The position numbers and the translations under genes were made by a program. This document shows positions 1 through 10,500 of a stretch of DNA of 25,522 bases, piece after piece. A model generated the notes under the pieces. The model was not told the DNA's origin, did not search any database, and was given only the letters and a program-made list of their open reading frames with translations. The first letter of the stretch is position 1. Each line of letters starts with the position of its first letter. Origin of the DNA: Anaeroplasmataceae bacterium (GTDB lineage: Bacteria > Bacillota_I > Bacilli_A > Acholeplasmatales > Anaeroplasmataceae); the NCBI GenBank assembly GCA_029050385.1, contig JAIDMV010000234.1, positions 1 to 25,522 of the forward strand. Direction: 5' to 3'.

Positions 1-36
1 GACAATAGGTAATCCTTTAACAATGATTTTTTTCAT
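1..36 (-). CDS. 5' fragment of a hypothetical gene running off the window (MKKIIVKGLPIV...)
   Basis: ATG at 36-34 preceded by GAGGAGG RBS; open to the window edge; Lys-rich then hydrophobic start could be a signal peptide. Confidence 0.6.
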   Translation of the reverse strand, partial: MKKIIVKGLPIV

Positions 37-88
37 TTTTTCCTCCTCAAAAAATAAAACCTAGTAATAAAAATCATACTACTATTAA

Positions 89-97
89 ATTATACCA
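89..97 (-). promoter_or_regulatory. Extended -10 promoter (TGgTATAAT) for the edge gene
   Basis: TATAAT at 94-89 preceded by TG; no good -35. Confidence 0.45.
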
Positions 98-261
98 CAA
101 AATCGAAAATTTTATTTGCTAAAATAATTATATTCTTCTTATTTTTATTTTAACCTAATAATTGTCAATATCAAAATAAAACATATAACGCAGGAATCTT
201 ATTCATCAGAAACTATTTAACTTTCTCCTACAATATATTAATTAGTATTATACATTATAAA

Positions 262-293
262 AATAAAAAGGGCAATGCTTTTAACATTACCCT
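262..293 (-). terminator. Intrinsic terminator after tuf
   Basis: AGGGTAATG-7nt-CATTGCCCT hairpin followed by TTTTATTT, 17 nt after the tuf stop. Confidence 0.8.
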
Positions 294-310
294 ACTTATT
301 TGTCTATTGA

Positions 311-1495
311 TTATTCAATAATATCTACTACTGAACCAGCACCAACAGTATGTCCACCTTCACGGATAGAGAACTTAGTACCTTGTTCCATAGCAATTGG
401 GTGAATTAATTCAACAGTCATAGTTGTGTTATCGCCAGGCATAACCATTTCTGTACCAGCAGCTAAAGTGATAATACCAGTAACGTCTGTAGTACGGAAA
501 TAGAATTGAGGACGATAGTTAGAGAAGAATGGTGTATGACGACCACCCTCGTCCTTTGATAATACGTAAACTTGAGCAGTAAACTTCTTATGAGGAGTAA
601 CTGACTTTGGTTTAGCTAATACTTGACCACGTTGAACTTGATCACGGTTAATACCACGAAGTAATACACCGATGTTATCTCCAGCTTCAGCATAGTCTAA
701 TAATTTACGGAACATTTCAACACCAGTAACAACTGAAGTTTGAGTTTCCTTAATACCGATGATTTCAACTGAATCACCAACGCGAACTTGTCCACGCTCA
801 ACACGTCCAGTAACAACTGTACCACGACCAGTAATTGTGAATACGTCTTCGATAGGCATTAAGAATGGCTTATCAGTATCACGAACTGGAGTAGGGATAT
901 AGTCATCAACAGTATCCATTAATTCTTCAATCTTGCCAACCCACTTTGCATCGCCTTCTAGAGCCTTTAATGCAGATCCACGGATGATAGGAATATCATC
1001 ACCTGGGAAGTCATACTCGCTTAATAATTCACGAGTTTCCATTTCAACTAAGTCGATTAATTCTTCATCATCAACCATATCGCACTTATTTAAGAATACA
1101 ACTAATCTAGGTACTCCTACCTGACGAGCAAGTAAGATGTGCTCACGAGTTTGAGCCATAGGTCCATCAGTTGCAGCGATAACTAAGATACCACCATCCA
1201 TCTGAGCAGCACCAGTGATCATGTTCTTTACATAGTCGGCATGTCCTGGACAGTCAACGTGTGCATAGTGACGACTAACAGTTTCATACTCAACGTGTGC
1301 AGTATTAATTGTAATACCACGCTCTTTCTCTTCTGGAGCAGCGTCGATCTGTGAATAATCCTTAGCTTGAGCTAAACCCTTCTTAGAAAGAATAGTAGTA
1401 ATAGCTGCAGTTAAAGTAGTTTTACCATGGTCTACGTGTCCAATTGTACCAATGTTAACATGTGGTTTGGTACGTACAAATTTTTCCTTTGCCAT
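311..1495 (-). CDS. tuf: Elongation factor Tu
   Basis: [37 protein letters not shown] motifs; 394 aa; AGGAGG RBS. Confidence 0.99.
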   Translation of the reverse strand: MAKEKFVRTKPHVNIGTIGHVDHGKTTLTAAITTILSKKGLAQAKDYSQIDAAPEEKERGITINTAHVEYETVSRHYAHVDCPGHADYVKNMITGAAQMDGGILVIAATDGPMAQTREHILLARQVGVPRLVVFLNKCDMVDDEELIDLVEMETRELLSEYDFPGDDIPIIRGSALKALEGDAKWVGKIEELMDTVDDYIPTPVRDTDKPFLMPIEDVFTITGRGTVVTGRVERGQVRVGDSVEIIGIKETQTSVVTGVEMFRKLLDYAEAGDNIGVLLRGINRDQVQRGQVLAKPKSVTPHKKFTAQVYVLSKDEGGRHTPFFSNYRPQFYFRTTDVTGIITLAAGTEMVMPGDNTTMTVELIHPIAMEQGTKFSIREGGHTVGAGSVVDIIE

Positions 1496-1551
1496 TTTAA
1501 ATGGTCCTCCTAATTTTTATTTTTTAAATTTTTCTTATTTTGCCAATATAT

Positions 1552-1580
1552 ATTTTACCCTAATTGGCAAGAGTTTGCAA
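1552..1580 (-). promoter_or_regulatory. Internal sigma-A promoter for tuf
   Basis: TTGCAA (1580-1575), 17-nt spacer, TAAAAT (1557-1552) in the fusA-tuf gap. Confidence 0.65.
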
Positions 1581-1595
1581 GTAGAATGTTAAAAA

Positions 1596-3662
1596 TTACG
1601 CTCTACTTTTAATAATCTCTTCTTGAATACTTCTTGGAACGGCTTCATAATGGTGTGTTTGCATAATGAAGTTACCACGTCCTTGAGAATTTGAACGAAG
1701 AGCTGTTGCATAACCAAACATTTCAGCTAGTGGAACATAAGCACGAATCTTCATGCCATTTCCACGTTTCTCTTGAGAATCCAAGCGTCCACGACGGCTT
1801 GTTAAATCTCCAATTACGTTTCCTACATATTCTTCTGGAACAGTAACATCTACTTCCATGATTGGTTCAAGTAATACAGGTTTACATTTATCTTTTGTAA
1901 CCTTTAATGCCATTGATGCGGCAATCTTAAATGCCATTTCTGATGAGTCTACTTCATGGTATGATCCATCAAATAGGGTTGCTTTAACATCAATCATAGG
2001 ATATCCAGCTAAAACACCATTTGGTAGTGCTTCCTGTAATCCTTTATCAACAACAGGGATATATTCTCTTGGAACAGTACCGCCGACAACCTTGTCAACG
2101 AATTCATATCCCTTATCAGGATTTGGTTCAAATTTAATCCAAACATGACCATATTGACCACGTCCACCAGACTGACGAATGAATTTACCTTCACAATCAG
2201 CTGCTTGAGTAATAGTTTCACGATAAGAAACCTGTGGAGCACCAACGTTTGCAACAACGTTGAATTCTCTCTTCATACGGTCAACAATGATATCTAGGTG
2301 AAGTTCACCCATACCAGCAATGATGGTTTGTCCTGTTTCAGAATCTGTATAAGTTCTGAAAGTTGGATCTTCTTCTGCAAGCTTTGTTAAAGCATTTGAC
2401 ATTTTTTCTTGGTCAGCCTTAGTTTTAGGCTCAACAGCTACGTTAATAACTGGTTCTGGGAATACCATCTTTTCTAGGATAACTTCATATTTTTCATCTG
2501 TTAAAGTATCACCAGTAGTAGTATTCTTGAATCCTACTGCAGCAGCAATATCTCCTGAATAAACTTCTTTGATTTCTTCACGGTGATTTGCATGCATTTG
2601 AACGATACGACCTAAACGTTCCTTAGTATCCTTAGTTGTATTTCTAATATATGAACCAGAAGAAATATGACCTTGGTATACACGGAAGTAAGTTAATCTA
2701 CCTACAAATGGGTCTGCAACAACCTTGAATGCTAATGCAGCAAATGGAGCATCATCAGTAGGATGAATATCTACTTCTGCACCAGTATGGTCAATACCCT
2801 TAGTTGCAGCAATATCTGTAGGAGCAGGTAAATAATCAATTACACCATCTAGCATCTTCTTAACACCCATATTCTTGAATGCAGATCCACAGAATACTGG
2901 GAAGAATTGTACAGCTAGAGTTGACTTACGAATTACAGACTTTAATAAATCTGTAGAGATTTCTTCTCCTTCTAGATAAAGCATAGCTAAGTCATCATCA
3001 AATTGAGATAGAGTATCAATTAATAATTCTCTCTTTTCATTTGCTAAATCAAGCATATCAGCTGGTATTTCAGCTTCTTTATAGTTTTCTTCTTGAGCTC
3101 CATCATATAGATAAGCCTTCATTTCAATTAAGTCAATTTGACCTCTGAATTGATCTTCAGCACCAATTGGCCATTGTACTGCAGCAGCAACAGCGCCTAA
3201 ACGATCATGGATTGTATTTACAGAATATTCAAAGTCAGCACCAATCTTATCCATCTTATTAACGAATACGATACGTGGAACATTGTAATCTGTAGCTTGA
3301 CGCCATACAGTTTCAGTCTGTGGTTCTACACCAGCTTGACCATCAAGTACTGTAACAGCACCATCAAGAACACGAAGAGAACGAGATACTTCAACAGTAA
3401 AATCTACGTGTCCTGGAGTATCAATAATGTTTACTCTATAGTTTTTCCAAATAGCTGTAGTTGCAGCTGAGGTGATTGTGATACCACGCTCTTGCTCCTG
3501 AGCCATCCAGTCCATTGTTGATGCACCATCATGAGTTTCACCAATCTTATGGATTTTCTTTGTATGGAACAAAATACGTTCCGTAGTTGTCGTCTTACCA
3601 GCATCAATGTGAGCCATGATACCGATATTACGAGTTTTCTCTAATGAAAATTCTCTAGGCAT
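1596..3662 (-). CDS. fusA: Elongation factor G
   Basis: [40 protein letters not shown]; 688 aa; str-operon position. Confidence 0.99.
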   Translation of the reverse strand: MPREFSLEKTRNIGIMAHIDAGKTTTTERILFHTKKIHKIGETHDGASTMDWMAQEQERGITITSAATTAIWKNYRVNIIDTPGHVDFTVEVSRSLRVLDGAVTVLDGQAGVEPQTETVWRQATDYNVPRIVFVNKMDKIGADFEYSVNTIHDRLGAVAAAVQWPIGAEDQFRGQIDLIEMKAYLYDGAQEENYKEAEIPADMLDLANEKRELLIDTLSQFDDDLAMLYLEGEEISTDLLKSVIRKSTLAVQFFPVFCGSAFKNMGVKKMLDGVIDYLPAPTDIAATKGIDHTGAEVDIHPTDDAPFAALAFKVVADPFVGRLTYFRVYQGHISSGSYIRNTTKDTKERLGRIVQMHANHREEIKEVYSGDIAAAVGFKNTTTGDTLTDEKYEVILEKMVFPEPVINVAVEPKTKADQEKMSNALTKLAEEDPTFRTYTDSETGQTIIAGMGELHLDIIVDRMKREFNVVANVGAPQVSYRETITQAADCEGKFIRQSGGRGQYGHVWIKFEPNPDKGYEFVDKVVGGTVPREYIPVVDKGLQEALPNGVLAGYPMIDVKATLFDGSYHEVDSSEMAFKIAASMALKVTKDKCKPVLLEPIMEVDVTVPEEYVGNVIGDLTSRRGRLDSQEKRGNGMKIRAYVPLAEMFGYATALRSNSQGRGNFIMQTHHYEAVPRSIQEEIIKSRA

Positions 3663-3686
3663 AAATCAAATCTCTCCTATACTAAA

Positions 3687-4157
3687 TTACCAACGATAAT
3701 GTGCAAAGGCTCTGTTAGCTTCAGCCATCTTATGTGTATCTTCACGCTTCTTGCAAGCGCCACCTACACCATTAGCAGCATCCATAATTTCCTTTGCTAA
3801 TTTTTCTTCCATAGTCTTATCATTACGAAGACGAGCGTATTTTACTAACCATCTTAAACCTAATGTTTGCTTTCTTTCAGGTCTAACTTCTACTGGTACT
3901 TGGTAGTTTTGTCCACCAATACGACGACTCTTAACTTCTAAAACTGGCATAATGTTTTCTAGTGCTTTAGTAAATACTTCTAGTGGATCTTGTCCTGTAG
4001 TTTCTTTAACACGGTCAAAAGCACCATATAAAATTGTTTGTGCAGTTCCTTTTTTACCATCTAACATAATTGTATTTATAGTTCTTGTAACTACTTTTGA
4101 ATTATATATAGGATCTGGAAGCACATCTCTTTTTGCAATATGTCCCTTACGAGGCAT
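3687..4157 (-). CDS. rpsG: 30S ribosomal protein S7
   Basis: MPRKG start, [26 protein letters not shown] end. Confidence 0.99.
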   Translation of the reverse strand: MPRKGHIAKRDVLPDPIYNSKVVTRTINTIMLDGKKGTAQTILYGAFDRVKETTGQDPLEVFTKALENIMPVLEVKSRRIGGQNYQVPVEVRPERKQTLGLRWLVKYARLRNDKTMEEKLAKEIMDAANGVGGACKKREDTHKMAEANRAFAHYRW

Positions 4158-4186
4158 GAGCGATTCCTCCTTTAAATTTTAATTTC

Positions 4187-4603
4187 TTATTTTTGTTTTG
4201 GGCGCTTTGCACCATATTTAGAACGGCTTTGCATTCTATTTGCAACACCAGTAGTATCTAATGCACCACGAATAATATGATAACGTACACCTGGTAAATC
4301 CTTAACACGTCCACCACGGATTAATACTGTACTATGCTCCTGTAAGCTATGACCAATACCAGGAATATAAGCTGTAACTTCAATTCCGTTAGTTAAACGA
4401 ACTCTGGCATACTTACGTAAAGCTGAGTTTGGCTTCTTAGGTGTCATAGTAGTAACACGGGTACAAACACCACGCTTTTGAGGTGATGGAAGCTTTGTAT
4501 ATCTCTTCTCTAAGCTGTTAAATCCAATACCTAAGCTTGGAGATTTAGACTTAGAAACCTTATCTGTTCTTCCGTTACGTACTAATTGTTCAATAGTTGG
4601 CAT
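4187..4603 (-). CDS. rpsL: 30S ribosomal protein S12
   Basis: [23 protein letters not shown]; carries the Firmicute-type N-terminal insertion. Confidence 0.99.
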   Translation of the reverse strand: MPTIEQLVRNGRTDKVSKSKSPSLGIGFNSLEKRYTKLPSPQKRGVCTRVTTMTPKKPNSALRKYARVRLTNGIEVTAYIPGIGHSLQEHSTVLIRGGRVKDLPGVRYHIIRGALDTTGVANRMQSRSKYGAKRPKQK

Positions 4604-4691
4604 ATTGAAAGCTCCTTTCTATCCTTTACAAGGATATATCTTTTTATACCGAATCTATATCTTTTTAAGATATCTTTGACACAGCTCTTTC

Positions 4692-4719
4692 ATTATATCA
4701 AAAAATAAAGATAAGTCAA
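4692..4719 (-). promoter_or_regulatory. Sigma-A promoter of the str operon
   Basis: TTGACT (4719-4714), 16-nt spacer, TGaTATAAT (-10 at 4697-4692). Confidence 0.7.
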
Positions 4720-4761
4720 TGAAAATTTGCAAGTTTTTTAACTTTTTTATTTTTAAAAAGA

Positions 4762-4872
4762 AACACACGACTTTGTGTAATTAAAATACATTGATATTTC
4801 AATGTTTTTATTTTTATTCTACTTTTTAAAAAACATACCAAAAAGAAAAGAAAACACACGACTTCGTGTGTT
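4762..4872. repeat. Two copies of a palindromic ~20-bp motif (AACACACGACTTYGTGT..) flanking a second palindrome
   Basis: 4762-4780 AACACACGACTTTGTGTAA; 4853-4872 AACACACGA-CT-TCGTGTGTT (perfect 9-bp arms); 4788-4805 ACATTGA-TATT-TCAATGT. Confidence 0.7.
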
Positions 4873-4920
4873 ATATAGAGGCTGTTTTACTAAGAAAAAA
4901 GCATTTTTTTAATTCCGATA

Positions 4921-4949
4921 TAGCCAAATCAGCTATATTTTGGTATAAT
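4921..4949 (+). promoter_or_regulatory. Sigma-A promoter of tRNA-Arg
   Basis: TAGCCA (4921-4926), 17-nt spacer, TGgTATAAT (-10 at 4944-4949), 11 nt before the tRNA. Confidence 0.7.
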
Positions 4950-4960
4950 AATGGTTGCAT

Positions 4961-5035
4961 GCCTGGTTAGTTAAATGGATATAACGTAATCCTCCTAAGA
5001 TTAAATTATGAGTTCGAGTCTCGTACCGGGTGCCA
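4961..5035 (+). tRNA. tRNA-Arg (anticodon CCT, reads AGG)
   Basis: Full cloverleaf: acceptor GCCTGGT/ACCGGGT, D-stem GTTA/TAAC with GGA loop (A20), anticodon arm TAATC-CTCCTAA-GATTA (CCT at 4994-4996), T-arm ATGAG-TTCGAGT-CTCGT, G73 and encoded CCA. Confidence 0.95.
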
Positions 5036-5046
5036 CTTAGCATTTC

Positions 5047-5080
5047 ACTCCTTCTCAAATATAAGAAGGGGTATATTTTT
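5047..5080 (+). terminator. Probable intrinsic terminator after tRNA-Arg
   Basis: ACTCCTTCT-8nt-AGAAGGGGT hairpin followed by ATATTTTT. Confidence 0.6.
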
Positions 5081-5096
5081 AATAAGGAGAAAAAAT

Positions 5097-6107
5097 ATGT
5101 CAAAACAATTGAATTTAGTCGTAGATATGTATGGCTGTCCCAATCGCTGTAAGCATTGCTGGCTTGGTCATATGCCAAATATAAAAATGAAATCAACTGA
5201 TGATGAATTTATTATGAATTATTTTTCTCCTTATTTTTCAAATATCACGTATTATAGTTGGCTAAGAGAACCTGATTTTTGTGATGATTATATACAAAGA
5301 TGGGAAAGGGATAAGCAAATTTCAACTGGCCCAAAGCCTCAAAGATTCGAGTTGGCAAGCTTCTATCGTATAGTAAGAGATCCATTATATGTTGATTTTT
5401 TAAAATCAGTTGGCGTAAAAAAAGTCCAATTAACTTTCTTCGGTTTAGAAAAACTAACAGACTTCTATGTAGGTAGACCAAATGCTTATAAAGAACTTTT
5501 ATCTGCCACTCAGATTCTAATTGAAAATGGAATAGCTCCTCGTTGGCAAGCCTTTATTAATGAAGAAAACAAAGATGAAATTGTTGAACTTTTATTCATT
5601 TTTAAAGAAATAAAACACAAAACACAATGTGAAGATTTTTCTTTCTTTGTTCATGCAGGAAGTTGTGACGGAGAAAATAGAAAGCTTTATAATATACGGA
5701 TAGAGAAACAAAATATACCTTCCATCTTAATTCCATATTATTTAGATTATGATGAATTATTGACTGAACAAGAATGTTATGAAATACTGAAGGAGGATTC
5801 ATCGTATGTGGAATTTCATAATGAGGAAGAAATTGTATTAAATATTTCTAACACCTTTGATGTTTACTTTAATTTTACTCATATGATTCCAATATGGAGA
5901 ATTGGAAACTTGAAAACAGATGAGCCAAAAGAATTGATATCTAAAATCATCAATGAAGATACAAAAGCACTTCGCTTAGCCAAAACCATCACTATAAAAG
6001 AACTAGTTTTAAAGTATTCCAATAAAGTATCTCAAAGAGCTTTCTTCTTAGAAGATTATAAGCAATACTTATTTAATTTGTATTTAGAGAATTATAAAGA
6101 GCTATAG
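5097..6107 (+). CDS. Radical SAM protein, function unknown
   Basis: CPNRCKHC (CxxxCxxC) near the N-terminus; VQLTFFG and YKELL core-like segments; AAGGAG RBS; 336 aa. Confidence 0.85.
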   Translation: MSKQLNLVVDMYGCPNRCKHCWLGHMPNIKMKSTDDEFIMNYFSPYFSNITYYSWLREPDFCDDYIQRWERDKQISTGPKPQRFELASFYRIVRDPLYVDFLKSVGVKKVQLTFFGLEKLTDFYVGRPNAYKELLSATQILIENGIAPRWQAFINEENKDEIVELLFIFKEIKHKTQCEDFSFFVHAGSCDGENRKLYNIRIEKQNIPSILIPYYLDYDELLTEQECYEILKEDSSYVEFHNEEEIVLNISNTFDVYFNFTHMIPIWRIGNLKTDEPKELISKIINEDTKALRLAKTITIKELVLKYSNKVSQRAFFLEDYKQYLFNLYLENYKEL

Positions 6108-6134
6108 ACTAAAACTGCCTATAGCTCTTTTTTT
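6096..6134 (+). terminator. Terminator hairpin between the convergent radical SAM and amylase genes (possibly bidirectional)
   Basis: AAAGAGCTATAG-11nt-CTATAGCTCTTT perfect 12-bp stem followed by a T-run. Confidence 0.8.
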
Positions 6135-7425
6135 ATTTCTTTGATTTAATAATTATAGGATCTGCACCAAGAAGTAATTTGCCATTTTGAATAGAAATAG
6201 ATTCTCCATCAAATAAATTCTTATACTCTCCGTCCTTAAGTAAGGACATTATTCCACCATTTACGTTTCCAATATTTAGAATGCATTCTATAATTTCTTT
6301 TTCTGTTTCATAACTAATATGAACTGCCTCTAATTCGGTATTGTGAATTGTATATACTCCATCTTTAAATATAGGATCCTTTTTGATTTCATAACAACGC
6401 TTCATCAAATCTGGCATATTATATTTTCCTAAGGTTGACCAATCTGTTGGATCTAAGTCAAATAGACTTTCTAGTTTTTCTTCACAGGCTTCTTGTCCTG
6501 CATAGACAAAGGTTGTTCCTTTAAGGAAGTAGATTAAAGCATTTAAATTTCTTAAACGTACTCCATCCTTAACAAACATTGCAGCACGTTTACGATCATG
6601 ATTTTCTAAAGCATGTACTTTTATATAATTCTTAGGATAAATACATTCTTGCATTCTTAATGCATCTAGCCAATCCTCTAATCCTTCTTGAGTTTCAAGA
6701 TAATGCTCATATTTTCTCCAAAGATCATAATCATATTCCATATCAAAGGCTTCATATAGTTCACAATCAGAGGCAGCTTCAAAACCAGAATCTCTGATAT
6801 GTTTTACAAATCCTAAATCAATAGATTCTGCAAGCAATATAAAATCTGGATTGATTTTTTTTAGTTCTTTTCTTGCCTCTTTCCAAAACTCCAATGGCAC
6901 CATAGAAGCAACATCACAACGATATCCATCTACTCCTAGTTTTGCCCAATAGCATAATGTACTGATAAGTTCTTTCCATAAATCCTTATTCGAATAATCC
7001 AAATCCGTGACATCCCACCAGTCACCTACTTTACCACTAAATTTTCCATCTATTTGATACATCCATTCTGGATGTTTTTGCAAGATTACTGAATCCCTAG
7101 ACGTGTGATTAAAAACTACATCAATCATAAATTTCATATCTCGTATATGAGTTTCTTCTATCAATTTCTTAAAATCATTTAACGTTCCTAAACTTGGATG
7201 TATTTTTCTATAATCTTGAATGGAATAAGGGCATCCTAGTATTCCTTTCTTATTTTTCTCACCAATCGGATGAATAGGAAGTAAATACAATATATCCACA
7301 CCTAAACTTTTTATTCTATCCAAATCAGCTATTAATCCTTTAAAATCGCCTGTTGCTGAATGCTGTCTTGGAAACACTTGATAAATTACTTGATTTCTTA
7401 AATCTAAATTTGTATCTTTAGCCAT
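6133..7425 (-). CDS. Cytoplasmic alpha-amylase family glycoside hydrolase (GH13)
   Basis: DVVFNHTS, GYRCDVA (nucleophile Asp), LAES (acid/base Glu), LENHD; no signal peptide; AAGGAGG RBS. Confidence 0.92.
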   Translation of the reverse strand: MAKDTNLDLRNQVIYQVFPRQHSATGDFKGLIADLDRIKSLGVDILYLLPIHPIGEKNKKGILGCPYSIQDYRKIHPSLGTLNDFKKLIEETHIRDMKFMIDVVFNHTSRDSVILQKHPEWMYQIDGKFSGKVGDWWDVTDLDYSNKDLWKELISTLCYWAKLGVDGYRCDVASMVPLEFWKEARKELKKINPDFILLAESIDLGFVKHIRDSGFEAASDCELYEAFDMEYDYDLWRKYEHYLETQEGLEDWLDALRMQECIYPKNYIKVHALENHDRKRAAMFVKDGVRLRNLNALIYFLKGTTFVYAGQEACEEKLESLFDLDPTDWSTLGKYNMPDLMKRCYEIKKDPIFKDGVYTIHNTELEAVHISYETEKEIIECILNIGNVNGGIMSLLKDGEYKNLFDGESISIQNGKLLLGADPIIIKSKK

Positions 7426-7477
7426 AAAAGTCCTCCTTATAGTACTAACTCTATTTTATCATATTCTAAGTGCGAAA

Positions 7478-7508
7478 TAAAGGAAAAGGGAAGGAATACC
7501 TCCTTCCC
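7478..7508 (-). terminator. Intrinsic terminator after rpoC
   Basis: GGGAAGGA-GGTAT-TCCTTCCC followed by TTTTCCTTT, just after the rpoC stop. Confidence 0.85.
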
Positions 7509-7514
7509 AAATAT

Positions 7515-10500
7515 TTATTCTTCAGTCTCCTCTTCTAAGGAAGCATCAAGTTCATCTAAATAATCATCAGAACCATAATCTTCTTCATCAAGGATTTCAT
7601 CTTCTTCATCTAATTCCTCATCGTCTTCAGAATCATCTTCCTTAGCTTGAGCAATAGATTCGTTGATTTCTTGATAAATGTTTTCCTCTTCAGGGCGATG
7701 TTCACATTCAAAGTCATCTTCAACTAATACACCTGTACCAGCAGGGATTAAACCACCGATAATAACATTTTCCTTTAATCCGACAAGATTATCCACTTTA
7801 GACTGAATAGCAGCCTGTGTTAAAATTCTTGTTGTTTCTTGGAAAGAACAAGCGGATAAGAAAGATTGACAAGCTAGAGCTGCCTTAGTGATACCTAATA
7901 ATAAAGGCTTAGCAGTAGGAAGAACTCCACCCTTTGCAATCACTTCAGCACAAGCATCTCTATACTCATTGATGGATACATCTCTACCTGGAAGTAATTC
8001 TGTATCTCCTTCTTGAACAACAATTAGCTTACGCATCATTTGACGAACAATAATTTCAATATGTTTGTCTGAAATCTCAACGGATTGAGAACGATAAACC
8101 TTCTGAACTTCTTCAACGATATACTTTTGAACAGCCTCTGCATCCTTAATACGTAATAATTCTTTTGGATGGATAGAACCCTTCATTAGCTTTTCGCCAC
8201 GTTTGATTTCACTGCCAACACTAACAAGTAGTTCGGAAGTTGCATCAACATTATAGCTTTTCTCTTCTTTATCATTCTTAATTGTAATAGCTAAACCATT
8301 CTTAGTCTTTTCGATAGCTTCAACCGTACCATCAATTTCAGAGATTGTTGCCTTACCTTTAGGCTTACGTGCTTCAAACAATTCCTGAACACGTGGAAGA
8401 CCTTGTGTAATATCCTCTGCAGATGCAACACCACCTGTATGGAATGTACGCATGGTTAACTGTGTACCTGGCTCACCAATAGATTGGGCAGCAACTGTAC
8501 CAACAGCTTCTCCTACTTCAACAACCTTATTCGTTGCAAGGTTACGTCCATAACAAAGCATACATACACCAGATTTAGCATCACAGGTCAAGTTTGTACG
8601 AATTGCAACCTTCTTGATACCAGCATGAGCAATTACAGCTGCCATCTCTTCTGTAAATAATTCATTTCTTCTGCAGATTAATTCACCAGTTTCAGGATGA
8701 ATTAAATCCTTAGCAGCAAAACGACCAATTACACGGTCAGCAACAGTTACAACAACCTTTCCACCATCATCAATGATATCCTCAACATAAACGCCCTTTT
8801 CTGTTCCGCAATCTACAGTTGAAATAATAACATCTTGAGATACGTCAACCAAACGACGAGTTAAGTAACCAGATTCAGCTGTCTTTAACGCTGTATCGGT
8901 AGAACCCTTTCTTGAACCATGGGTAGAAATAAAGAATTCAGATACAGTCAAACCTTCACGGAAGTTTGCCTTAACTGGAACTTCAATAGTTTCACCAGCA
9001 GTATTAGCCATTAGACCACGCATACCTGCAAGCTGTGCAAAGTTAGATGCGTTACCACGGGAACCTGAATCAGCCATCATAAAGATATGGTTATCCTTTT
9101 GTTTAGATAGCTCAGCCCATAGACCCTCTTGAATCTCATTACGAGCGTCGCCCCATTCTTTTTCTACTAGCTTTTTACGTTCCTTATTGGTTAACTGACC
9201 TAAATCATACATTAATGTGATTTCATCAATCTTTTTATCTGCGGCAGCAATACGAGTTTGTTTACCTTGGTAATCCAAAACGTCAGCTGCAGAAATAGTT
9301 AAACCAGCAATAGTAGAATATTTAAATCCTAAATCCTTAATACGATCTAGCATTCTTGAAGTTTCTGTAATTTGGAATCTCTTGAATACTTCAGCAATAA
9401 TTCTTGCAATATTCTTCTTTTTAAATGGTTGAACCTCATCATGAGCAAGTAATGCCTCATAAGTATTTTCAGGTTTCTTAGGATCTAAGAAATACTTATT
9501 TGGTGTAGCAATACATAGGTTATCTTCTGTAGGTTCATTTAAGTAAGGGAACTCATCAGGAAGAATGCTGTTAAAAATCATTTTACCTAATGTTGTAAAT
9601 AAGTATTTTCCTTGACCAACATTCTTTGCAAACTTCTCTTCAGGTAAATAAGAAGGATCAACAAAAATACGTGTATGTAATGTAATATTTCCATTCTTAT
9701 AAGCCATATATGCTTCATTGAAATCTTTATAGAAATGTCCTTCATTAGGTCTGCCAGCTCTTTCAAGAGTTAAATAATAGTTACCTAAAATCATATCCTG
9801 AGAAGGTGTAACTACTGGTTTACCATCCTTAGGGTTTAGAATGTTATTTGATGCAAGCATCAATAAACGTGCTTCTGCTTGAGCCTCTAAAGAAAGAGGT
9901 ACATGGACTGCCATCTGGTCACCATCGAAGTCAGCATTAAATGGTGTACATACAAGTGGGTGAAGACGAATTGCTTTACCTTCAATAAGTACTGGTTCGA
10001 ATGCTTGAATACCTAAACGGTGAAGTGTAGGCGCACGGTTTAATAGAACTGGATGCTCACGGATAACTTCTTCTAGGATAGACCATACGCTATCATCTTG
10101 GTTATCACAAGCCTTAGATGCAACTGCAATACTATTTCCAGCCTTAATTAATTCTCTTAATACGAATGGCTTAAATAGAGTTAAAGCCATTTCCTTTGGA
10201 ATACCACATTGATACATCTTTAAGGATGGACCAACAACAATAACAGAACGTCCAGAATAATCTACACGCTTACCAAGTAGATTCTGACGGAAACGTCCTT
10301 GCTTACCACGAAGCATATCAGATAAGCTCTTTAAATGATGATTCTTTTCAACGACAGCCTTTTTGCCACGCTTAGAGTTATCAATTAAAGCATCTACTGC
10401 TTCTTGAAGCATACGCTTTTCATTTTTTGTGATAAGATGAGGTGCATTTTGTTCAAACTGCTTCTTTAAACGATTGTTACGGTTTAAAATACGACGATAT

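Noticed and set aside
4187-4603. Streptomycin-resistance alleles in S12
   Set aside because: Both key lysines (PKKPNS, RVKDLP) are wild type
4676-4681. Perfect TTGACA on the + strand in the rpsL leader as an antisense promoter
   Set aside because: No -10 hexamer at 16-18 nt spacing
4762-4872. Possible mini-CRISPR
   Set aside because: Only two ~20-bp copies with an oversized gap, no cas genes, no leader-repeat array
4933-5196. 87-aa minus-strand ORF
   Set aside because: Overlaps the tRNA-Arg and the radical SAM start; no RBS or motif
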